Virus record (IMG/VR): IMGVR_UViG_3300020469_000001
Coordinates: 32,001-96,000 of that record
Source of the DNA: a virus
Length of the DNA stretch: 64,000 bases
Strand: one strand, 5' to 3'
Shown here: positions 18,713 through 25,876 of the stretch, in pieces
How positions within the stretch are numbered: position 1 is the stretch's first letter
How the letters are laid out: every line of letters starts with the position of its first letter
Made by a program: the position numbers and the translations under genes
The notes under the pieces: generated by a model
Databases searched by the model: none
The model's input: only the letters and a program-made list of their open reading frames with translations
What the model was told of the DNA's origin: nothing

Positions 18713-18908
18713 TTTTCTTTATACCAAATACATAGTTTTCAGCTGCATCTTCTGCATACGCTTCACTATGTCCTTTGTAAAATTCGGTAGCTACTAATAC
18801 ACCCTCTGGGTTGTAGAATCTAGCACCAAATACTCCTTTGTCTACGATTGTGTCGGCTCGTAGATTGCCACTCATGTACGTTGATAGTTCTTGCATTTTT
18901 TTCCTCAT
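18702..18908 (-). CDS. Hypothetical protein
   Basis: 68 aa, EDAAENYV motif. Confidence 0.6.
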   Translation of the reverse strand: MRKKMQELSTYMSGNLRADTIVDKGVFGARFYNPEGVLVATEFYKGHSEAYAEDAAENYVFGIKKIGI

Positions 18909-18911
18909 ATT

Positions 18912-19364
18912 TTATTTCAACAACTTCTCCATCAGTTTGCCATAGTTGCCTTGCCCGAAAGGGAGTTCGTTGATCTGTACATTTGTCTGATTTTTGACAT
19001 TTGAGGTTTTTGCTTTTTCTAGTTCTGCCATAGCTTTGATTTCATCCATACGCATTTTGTGTGCCATTTGTATTAAATCCGCTAGGTCTTTGTTAGTATA
19101 AATTTGAGATTCTTCGCTCTCTTCTAGTTTGCGCTCAATAATATCGTCAAGTGTGTTTGCTAATTTAAAACGATTTCTGTAACCTGTATCTAGATACACT
19201 TGATCGATGTACGCTTTGATTTCCCGTTTTCCTAAAAATTCTTGCACGGTGTTTTCATCTATTTTCATTCTGGCGCACACGGCTGGTATGCTTCCTAATT
19301 CTAGATAGTTGTTCGCTATTTCAAGCCCTTCTGGACTCATCTTGGTTACAATTTCATTTTTCAT
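18912..19364 (-). CDS. Terminase small subunit (T5-type)
   Basis: SPEGLEIAN.YL...YID.VYLDTGYRNR; start reassigned to the ATG just downstream of the promoter at 19371-19399. Confidence 0.8.
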   Translation of the reverse strand: MKNEIVTKMSPEGLEIANNYLELGSIPAVCARMKIDENTVQEFLGKREIKAYIDQVYLDTGYRNRFKLANTLDDIIERKLEESEESQIYTNKDLADLIQMAHKMRMDEIKAMAELEKAKTSNVKNQTNVQINELPFGQGNYGKLMEKLLK

Positions 19365-19370
19365 ATTTTG

Positions 19371-19399
19371 ATTATACCAAATTTTAATCCTCGTGTCAA
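19371..19399 (-). promoter_or_regulatory. sigma70-type promoter for terS (nearly leaderless)
   Basis: TTGACA-N17-TATAAT ending 7 nt before the ATG. Confidence 0.75.
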
Positions 19400-19536
19400 G
19401 AAGTATTTTCGTATGCATCGTCACGATGCTCTGTGCGCGTCTTTTTACTCTTTTCCAAAAAATCCAAAAGTCGTACGCGCAGGGGGGTGTGGGCGAGACA
19501 GGGGAGCAAGGTCTACTAACCCCCCTATCATATATG

Positions 19537-19719
19537 CTAGACTGTGTCAACTGTTCTTTCAAGAAAACTGCCAAAGGGCGATTCTTGAAGGCTCACTACT
19601 TGACATCTATTATCAAATCTTTTCTTTTGCTCATCACAGATTTTTTCTGCTATTGCTTTTGCTTCTTCGTCATTCTCACACCAAATATTTAATGAGAATT
19701 CTACTCTATATCTTTCCAT
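19537..19719 (-). CDS. Hypothetical protein
   Basis: 60 aa, GGAGG RBS. Confidence 0.55.
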   Translation of the reverse strand: MERYRVEFSLNIWCENDEEAKAIAEKICDEQKKRFDNRCQVVSLQESPFGSFLERTVDTV

Positions 19720-19919
19720 ATTATTTGCCCTCCAATTTAATTTTTAGCTTATGGATTCTATTTGAAATATTGAAATACATTTTTGAGCCAACTCTAACTT
19801 GCTTTCTAGCTTTGAGCCAAACTTGAATTTCCCTTTCCATTTCTTTTTTCGTTTTCATAATATAATTATACACTCCTTATTTTAAATTTGCAAATCTTTT
19901 TTTCTTAAAAACTTGAACA

Positions 19920-19984
19920 TGGTTTAAAATTTGTTTACCCTTCGGGTTAATCTAAACTTGTTTAGATAAACAAATTTTAAACCA
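19920..19984. repeat. Branched (Y-shaped) palindrome, copy A
   Basis: TGGTTTAAAATTTGTTT...AAACAAATTTTAAACCA stem enclosing hairpins ACCC-TTC-GGGT and ATCTAAAC-TT-GTTTAGAT. Confidence 0.85.
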
Positions 19985-20237
19985 CGAACGCCTTTTTGTC
20001 AACTTTTGTGACAGATTATTTTTCGGGTTTCTCATACACGATTTTAGCAAAAATGTCAAATTTTGTGACAGAATTTTTTGCGAACTTTTGAGAAATGTTT
20101 TGCAAACTTTAGAGAAAAGATTTATAATTTATATATTGTTAATAATTAAATGGAGACAATATAAGAATGGAAATATTTTTAATACCTATGGGACTGCTAA
20201 TACTAGCAATCGGATTTATGATTAATGGGGGAAGATA

Positions 20238-20453
20238 ATGCACGATAAATTATACATGCACTTACTGAAAGCCAAACATCAAGCCGAGAAAGAAAGGCTA
20301 GAAGTTAAGCAAAAACTAGACCTATTCAGAAAAGCGAATAGACATGCTAAACTTACTAAAGCGATAGGCTCAGAATATAAACAATTCGAGAAACAAATCA
20401 ATTCATATAATGGGTTGATTCGTGGACTGAAAGAAAGACTAAAACAAGGTTAA
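20238..20453 (+). CDS. Hypothetical coiled-coil protein
   Basis: 71 aa with RBS. Confidence 0.6.
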   Translation: MHDKLYMHLLKAKHQAEKERLEVKQKLDLFRKANRHAKLTKAIGSEYKQFEKQINSYNGLIRGLKERLKQG

Positions 20454-20455
20454 AG

Positions 20456-20668
20456 ATGTTGACCTTTAGCAACAACATCACAAATGGAGAAAATATTATG
20501 GTAGATAAACCAAAATATTATGAAGATATGACTAAATCAGAAATGGTAAAAATCATATCTGAATCAACAGGGATTAAACTCCCAGCACTCGAAAGAGCAA
20601 CGAAGATTGATATTTCTAATATAGCGAAAGCGTTAAAAGTATCGGCAAATTATAAGGGGGCGAATTAA
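20456..20668 (+). CDS. Short A2-family-like protein (C-terminal module only; real start probably the second Met)
   Basis: TKSEMV..I....GIKLPALERATK, similar to the C-terminus of 24195-24506. Confidence 0.55.
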   Translation: MLTFSNNITNGENIMVDKPKYYEDMTKSEMVKIISESTGIKLPALERATKIDISNIAKALKVSANYKGAN

Positions 20669-21549
20669 TGTCACCTCATAGCACGAGGGCAACGCATACT
20701 ATTGTATGCGTTGTCGATACTGAAACAACTTTTATCAATGAAACGCCTAGAATGGTTTATCATTTTGGGGCGACCTTTGGAGACATTGAGCAAGAGAATT
20801 CTTTTAATGTTGTTAAAATGGATTATTATGTTAAGGAAGTTATCGAAGATTTATCTTTATTCTTACATCAGAATAAAGAGGGGCATAACTTTGGATATAA
20901 TAAATCTATGGCTAGAGCATTAAAAGACGCTATTAACAATCCTCATAAGGTTAAGAAATGGAAAGATATAATAAAAGAATGGCAAGACTATTTACACGCT
21001 ATGAATGTTCAATATCTTACATCTTATAATTTCAATTTTGATATTGGCACAGATTCAAGCGAAATTGCCACCATTAGAAAAACACATCAACAGCTAACAG
21101 ATAAGACTTTTTTCTTACCTCGTAATGTTGATTATTGTTGCTTAATGGATATAGGGGCAACTTTGTTTATGAATAGAAATTATCTTAATTGGGTTAATTC
21201 CTTAGATGAGAATGAAAAGAATCAGATGACTACAGAAAAAGGAAATTTATCTTATTCGGCTCAATCTTGTATGCGATACATAAACCGAGATTTATGGTAT
21301 CAAGAACAACATACAGCATTAAGGGATTCATTACTTGAATTTCAATTATTCGCACATTTTTGGGGTAAATGGAAATCAATAATAAAAAAAGAGTTTGTTA
21401 ATAATGTAAATACTCCCTCGTGGCAACATCTTAAAAAGGGTTATTCGGCAACGAAAAAACGCCAATTAAGAAAAGGGATTAAATCGAAAAAGGTTGCTAA
21501 AAAGAAAATGCAAATACAAACCGAGCTAAACTTACAAGGGGGTAAATAA
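20668..21549 (+). CDS. DEDDh-type 3'-5' exonuclease-like protein
   Basis: VDTET, SYNFNFD and HTALRDS motifs. Confidence 0.75.
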   Translation: MSPHSTRATHTIVCVVDTETTFINETPRMVYHFGATFGDIEQENSFNVVKMDYYVKEVIEDLSLFLHQNKEGHNFGYNKSMARALKDAINNPHKVKKWKDIIKEWQDYLHAMNVQYLTSYNFNFDIGTDSSEIATIRKTHQQLTDKTFFLPRNVDYCCLMDIGATLFMNRNYLNWVNSLDENEKNQMTTEKGNLSYSAQSCMRYINRDLWYQEQHTALRDSLLEFQLFAHFWGKWKSIIKKEFVNNVNTPSWQHLKKGYSATKKRQLRKGIKSKKVAKKKMQIQTELNLQGGK

Positions 21550-21721
21550 TGGCTAAACAATTAGAATTAAATTTTGATCCAAAATCGGCAATGGTTAAGG
21601 AAATAGAAAAAGATGTTCCAGACTTTAAAAAGAATGGATTTAAAACAAGGGACGAATATTTGGTTGCTTGTGAATTTGATAGATGTGCAAGGCACATGGA
21701 ACAAATGAAAGGGGGTAAAAA

Positions 21722-21976
21722 ATGAGATATATGTCAGAATTTGAAAGGCACGATAGAAAACTTCGTAAAATAAAAAATTGGTTAACTGTATTAGCTATGC
21801 TTTTAATTTTTATAGGATTGCAAGGGTTTTTACCCTTGCCACGCCTTGAATCTACATTTTTCATATTTACAGGTAATGCCTGTATTTTTTGGGTTGCTAT
21901 GGTAGATGAAGATAAAAGATTATTTCTTTTTACTTTGTTGATGATAATTGCACAAATTTCTAGGGTGGCATTATGA
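21722..21976 (+). CDS. Small membrane protein
   Basis: Three hydrophobic segments. Confidence 0.55.
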   Translation: MRYMSEFERHDRKLRKIKNWLTVLAMLLIFIGLQGFLPLPRLESTFFIFTGNACIFWVAMVDEDKRLFLFTLLMIIAQISRVAL

Positions 21977-22515
21977 CTTTTAGAGGAATGAAAGCGTATC
22001 TATATCTTAAACTTATAACTCGATTTTGTGATAGACTTTTTAATATAAATCAGAAAATCAGAATTTATGATTTAGATGGAACTATAATAGATTCGAGCCA
22101 CCGAGCAAAGCATAATGAATATGGAAAATTAGATTTAGACCATTGGAAAGAAAACAATACTAAAGAAAATATTTTTAAAGATGATTTGCTTCCTATGTAT
22201 TGGCAACTCGTAGCCGATTATAAGAATGGCGATTATATTATTTTATGCACAGCTAGAGAAATGGGAAAATGGGATTTAGAATATTTGCATACAATGGGTA
22301 TTTATTACGATAAAATTTTATGTAGAAATGAAAATGAAAATACTGCCGATTGGAAATTAAAAAGGCGTTTACTAAATCCATATTTTAATTTGAAGCCATT
22401 TAGAAATATACAAAAATATTTCTATGATGATAACGATTCTAACCTTTTAGCCATTGGCGATATGGGGGCGACTTGTTGCAACGCTAAAGAATGGAATAAC
22501 AAATTTAGCAAATAG
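21973..22515 (+). CDS. HAD-superfamily phosphatase (PNK 3'-phosphatase/nucleotidase-like)
   Basis: YDLDGT, CTAR, K and FYDD motifs. Confidence 0.85.
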   Translation: MTFRGMKAYLYLKLITRFCDRLFNINQKIRIYDLDGTIIDSSHRAKHNEYGKLDLDHWKENNTKENIFKDDLLPMYWQLVADYKNGDYIILCTAREMGKWDLEYLHTMGIYYDKILCRNENENTADWKLKRRLLNPYFNLKPFRNIQKYFYDDNDSNLLAIGDMGATCCNAKEWNNKFSK

Positions 22516-22527
22516 AAAGGGGGAACA

Positions 22528-22556
22528 GGGGCGAGAAATCGCCCCACTTTTTTTTT
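22528..22556 (+). terminator. Rho-independent terminator
   Basis: ggggcga-gaaa-tcgcccc followed by a T-run. Confidence 0.85.
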
Positions 22557-22641
22557 CAAAAAAAGACTTGACTTTTACCCCAAAATCCTGTAAAAAAATC
22601 CACAAAAAAACTTGTCACAAAACTTGACTTTTTCTCGTGCG

Positions 22642-22700
22642 TGGTTTAAAATTTGTTTATCTAAACAGATAAACCCGAAGGGCTAGCAAATTTTAAACCA
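22642..22700. repeat. Branched palindrome, copy B (inverted relative to copy A)
   Basis: TGGTTTAAAATTTG...CAAATTTTAAACCA enclosing TTTATCT-AAAC-AGATAAA and CCC-GAA-GGG. Confidence 0.85.
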
Positions 22701-22904
22701 AGAACGATTTATCAACCTTCACAAATCCATAACACGAAACGCCAAAAATGTCAAGGGTTAATTTTCAAAAATTTTGTGATATAATCACTAGGTGAATTTA
22801 CTTTATAAATATAGAATCGTCATGGAATTAATCAGAACTGTAATTCCTGTTATTATGGTCATATTACAGGGCATAATTATTTTTAAATTATTTTCATAAA
22901 TCGC

Positions 22905-22933
22905 TTGACAATAGGGGCGAAATCGCCGATAAT
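22905..22933 (+). promoter_or_regulatory. sigma70-type promoter
   Basis: TTGACA-N17-GATAAT. Confidence 0.7.
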
Positions 22934-22944
22934 ATTTATATTGA

Positions 22945-23212
22945 TTGAGAGGGAAACAACCGAAAGGGAAACGAACTCGACAGACTAGGAAAGACAACAG
23001 AAACATAGACACAGAAACCCACTCTCTAAGAATCGAACTCGCAGAACTTCAACCACCTCCGAGACTGAGTCGCTGACAAGGTCAACAGGGAATGAACTCA
23101 AAATCAAGACAGGCTAGGAAGTCTCGACCAACTAGCCGACCGAGAGGGAAAGGACTCATACTCCGAGATTATATCAAAAGAGATTGTTGGACTTCCCCTC
23201 TCACTTTTTTTT
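22945..23212 (+). ncRNA. Candidate ~260-nt structured sRNA (U-poor, GGA-rich)
   Basis: Follows a promoter; 5' TGAGAGGGAA pairs with 3' TTCCCCTCTCA, then T8; no + strand ORF in the track. Confidence 0.55.
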
Positions 23213-23270
23213 CACCGATTTTTTCGGAGGACTGCCCCTGCCCGAGATTTGAGAAATCCTGACGCGCCCT

Positions 23271-23400
23271 GCGCCAACGCAGTGCAGTGTCGAAACGAAA
23301 CGTGGTGCGGGTGCGCCAAAGGCAGTGCAGTAACGAAACGAGAGGTCTGCGCAGAGCGATCCGACTTATCCACAGGTTATCCCCAAGTCTCTGTGGGTAT
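23271..23400. repeat. GCGCCAA-CAGTGCAGT-CGAAACGA direct repeats plus DnaA boxes
   Basis: Repeat copies start at 23271 and 23313; TTATCCACA at 23366-23374 and TTATCCCCA at 23377-23385. Confidence 0.75.
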
Positions 23401-23418
23401 CCCGCCCCCCACCCTATT

Positions 23419-23447
23419 ATTGTATCACACTTTGTCGCTCTTGTCAA
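23419..23447 (-). promoter_or_regulatory. Leftward sigma70 promoter reading into the repeat/DnaA-box cassette
   Basis: TTGACA-N17-TACAAT. Confidence 0.65.
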
Positions 23448-23489
23448 GTCTTTTTGAAAATAAAAAACCCGCTTTCGCGGGTTCTGTGA

Positions 23490-23678
23490 TTAGGAACAGA
23501 TGTCGATTAATCTTTTGATTGTTTCTGCATTCGCTCTCTCAAGACTGTTTAAGAAACCTTTGTCGGCTCTGATTACCACCTCTAATTCTGCAACTAATGT
23601 TGCTTTAGTTTTTACAACTTTTTTCGCTTTTTCGTTTTTCATTTCGTTCTCCTTATTTATAGATATAATTATACGCAC
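23490..23678 (-). CDS. Short A2-family-like protein (C-terminal module; real start probably the internal Met MKNEK)
   Basis: TKATLVAELE...SLERANAETIKRL; has its own promoter and terminator. Confidence 0.55.
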   Translation of the reverse strand: MRIIISINKENEMKNEKAKKVVKTKATLVAELEVVIRADKGFLNSLERANAETIKRLIDICS

Positions 23679-23796
23679 ATTTTCTAGGATATCAAGAACT
23701 ATTTTACATTATTTTCAGAAATTACCACAAAACACCAAAAAACCCGCCCCAACTGCCTGAAAGCCCCTGTTTATGCGGGTTTCACGGGCACGCTCC

Positions 23797-23868
23797 GCGC
23801 CAAACGCCCAGTGCAGTATCGAAACGAAGTGCGAAAGTGAAGTGCCAAAGCGAAGTGCTAAAACGAAC
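23797..23868. repeat. Third copy of the CAGTGCAGT repeat plus GAAGTGC iterations
   Basis: gcgccaaacgcccagtgcagtatcgaaacgaagtgc...gaagtgc...gaagtgc. Confidence 0.7.
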
Positions 23869-23891
23869 TAGTCTATAATTAGGTTATTTAT

Positions 23892-23920
23892 AGTATATCA
23901 TACATTTGGGCGGGTGTCAA
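23892..23920 (-). promoter_or_regulatory. Leftward sigma70 promoter reading into the second repeat cassette
   Basis: TTGACA-N17-TATACT. Confidence 0.6.
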
Positions 23921-24034
23921 GGGAATTTTGCACAAATTTGCGTTTTTTGCGACAAATCGCAACGAAGGTTGGTGGTTTCGCGTCCCGCCCCCCGAATCAA
24001 ATGCTGATAAATTATAAATAAATCACATTTATTG

Positions 24035-24164
24035 TTGACACAAGTGATAAAAGCGAATATAATATATACATATTAAAAAGGAGGCAAAAGTGAAATACAA
24101 GAAAACAATCAAATCAAAGTTTTTTCATAAAATCCTTGACAATAGAAACAAAAGTGGTTATAAT
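24035..24164 (+). promoter_or_regulatory. Tandem consensus sigma70 promoters (24035-24063 and 24136-24164)
   Basis: Two exact TTGACA-N17-TATAAT. Confidence 0.85.
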
Positions 24165-24194
24165 ATACTATATAAAATATTTGGGAGAATACTA

Positions 24195-24506
24195 ATGGCA
24201 AACGCTAAAAATTATACAGAAGAAATGGTCAGTCAAATGACCGAAGCATACTCTGCTAACCCTAGTAGAGAAACAGTAGACGAACTTGCTCAAACTTTCG
24301 GCAAAACAACTAGAAGTATCATTGCTAAGTTGTCAAGAGAAGGAGTATACATCGCTCAACCTAGAACTACAAAATCTGGTGAACCAGTTGTAGCAAAGTC
24401 TGAGTTAGTTGCTCAACTCGAAGCACACTTTGGAATTGAACTACCTACACTTGTCAAAGCAGGTAAGCAAGACCTACAAAGATTGGTCGACACAATCGCA
24501 TCTTAA
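24195..24506 (+). CDS. T5 A2-like DNA-binding protein
   Basis: NYTEE...ELA..FGKT.RSIIAKLSREGVY HTH-like; start reassigned using the GGGAG RBS. Confidence 0.7.
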   Translation: MANAKNYTEEMVSQMTEAYSANPSRETVDELAQTFGKTTRSIIAKLSREGVYIAQPRTTKSGEPVVAKSELVAQLEAHFGIELPTLVKAGKQDLQRLVDTIAS

Positions 24507-24556
24507 TTGTTGAGGAGTGATTACCCTAAGTAATCAATTTTGAAGAGAGTATCTAT

Positions 24557-24621
24557 CTGAGGTAAGTGTCTACGGAAGCACACCTAAAGAGGAAGTAGCA
24601 AGTTCGACTCTTGCACCTCAG
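24557..24621 (+). ncRNA. tRNA-like element lacking an anticodon arm and CCA
   Basis: Acceptor CTGAGGT/ACCTCAG, D-arm GTGT-CTACGGAA-GCAC, T-arm GCAAG-TTCGACT-CTTGC; anticodon arm reduced to CCT-AAAG-AGG. Confidence 0.7.
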
Positions 24622-24671
24622 ATATCTCTGCTCTGCTCAAAGTTTAGTCAGTAAAAAAATCGCTTTTTCTA

Positions 24672-24700
24672 TTGACAAATCCTTAAAAAGCGAGTATAAT
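24672..24700 (+). promoter_or_regulatory. Consensus sigma70 promoter
   Basis: TTGACA-N17-TATAAT. Confidence 0.85.
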
Positions 24701-24719
24701 ATATTTATATTCAAAAAAA

Positions 24720-24800
24720 GGAAAACCCACTGGGACTGGGCATCTGGAAGTGATGACATAGTTAACACTTAGAATTAAACTGTTTGCCCTACCCACCTTT
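24720..24800 (+). ncRNA. Candidate ~80-nt small RNA
   Basis: Only sequence between two promoters; TGGG-ACT-GGGCA pairs with TGCCC-TA-CCCA. Confidence 0.35.
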
Positions 24801-24823
24801 CAAGAAATAAATCAAAATTTTTC

Positions 24824-24852
24824 TTGACAAATGGTTAAAAAGTGGATATAAT
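24824..24852 (+). promoter_or_regulatory. Consensus sigma70 promoter of the large ncRNA candidate
   Basis: TTGACA-N17-TATAAT. Confidence 0.85.
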
Positions 24853-24859
24853 ATACTTA

Positions 24860-25797
24860 TATTCAAAAACAAAAAAGAATAGCAAAACACGGAGTGAAGT
24901 ACGCCATTAAAGATACTTCTAGTGTGGCGACACGATAAAATGACTGCCGAACGCTCGTTAGATATTGAGAGAAAGCGTTAGATGAGTTCAATATCCGCTT
25001 TTGAGAGTCAGATACAGACATATCCTCCGCAGCAGGAAGCGAGTGTATCTTCGATTGACTTGTCGGTAAAGGGAGTATAAAAGCACGATAACTGCCAGTA
25101 ATTCCTACACTAAGTCCCTTTTTCGGGCAGTAGGTAGTAAGCGATTTCGTTGACTGCTCTCCAAGTAGTGTATTGGCACTATAAAGTCCTGAGGATTAGT
25201 ATGAATTACACAGGTAAAACAGTAAATCATACCGTGATTGACGCGTAGATACATCGAGAATATCACGCAGAGTGAGGAAACCACGCTGATTCTATACCAC
25301 ACCCTCAACCGTTTCGGTAGTAGGAAGTAGAGCATAGAACGAGTAGTAAACCAGTTTGACATTTCAGTGTGCAAGGTATGAGATAATTTCAAAACCCACC
25401 AAGTAATGAGAGCATAAATGCAAACTTCAAGGGCAAGGAAGTTAGAGGAACATATGATGTACTTTAGTTGAGACTTCCACGCTACCTGCGAGTGAGAACC
25501 CACGCGGCGATTCAGGTTTACCTGTCAAAGTAGTAGGGACATTGGGGGCAGTTAGCAACTTAGAGGAAATAGACACCGATTGATGAGTGAGGAAAACAAT
25601 CGAGTGAGCAAGTGAAAGGTCGATACAACCTCTATTCCAAGTATCGCACTTGCAGTTAGGCATACACTATCGTTGAGGTTTCGAGTAAAGCAATCCGAGA
25701 TAGAGAGTAATGCCAAGTTGTAGACCGATATCAGTCTGACAGCGATAGTAAAAAACAAATAGTTTTTTCGAGGGAACAGCGCGTTCCCTCTTTTTTT
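24860..25797 (+). ncRNA. Candidate giant (~900 nt) highly structured non-coding RNA
   Basis: Promoter-to-terminator unit with no + strand ORF >=60 aa; many local and long-range helices (see findings). Confidence 0.7.
25769..25797 (+). terminator. Rho-independent terminator
   Basis: gagggaac-agcgc-gttccctc followed by T7. Confidence 0.88.
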
Positions 25798-25847
25798 GTC
25801 TCAAATAAGTTAACATCAAAATTTCTTATGTTAATTTAAAATAGTTC

Positions 25848-25876
25848 TTGACAAACAAGATAAAAGTGAGTATAAT
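25848..25876 (+). promoter_or_regulatory. Consensus sigma70 promoter
   Basis: TTGACA-N17-TATAAT. Confidence 0.85.

Noticed and set aside
297-18797. Numerous short plus-strand ORFs opposite the structural genes (and minus-strand ORFs opposite the replication genes)
   Set aside because: Fully overlapped by well-supported genes on the other strand, without RBS or motifs.
18912-19574. 220-aa version of TerS and the overlapping plus-strand ORFs at 19368-19826
   Set aside because: The extension crosses the terS promoter and the GC-rich palindrome; the plus-strand ORFs are antisense shadows.
22772-22792. CRP site (TGTGATATAATCACT) that would link to the phage cyclase
   Set aside because: Half-site spacing is 5 nt, not the required 6.
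23271-23868. CRISPR array
   Set aside because: Only three degenerate copies with irregular spacing (about 42 and 480 nt) and no cas genes.
24557-24621. Functional tRNA gene
   Set aside because: No 7-nt anticodon loop or 5-bp stem; reported instead as a tRNA-like element.
25265-25290. RNase P-like GAGGAAA
   Set aside because: Not followed by GUCC, and no matching 3' P4 strand was seen.
25575-25605. Hammerhead-like TGATGAG...GAAA
   Set aside because: The core reads UUGAUGA rather than CUGAUGA and the three-stem arrangement is missing.
25105-25758. Minus-strand ORFs (132, 73 and 68 aa) in the ORF track
   Set aside because: Antisense to a promoter-terminator unit, no RBS, no protein-like motifs; best explained as shadows of the ncRNA.
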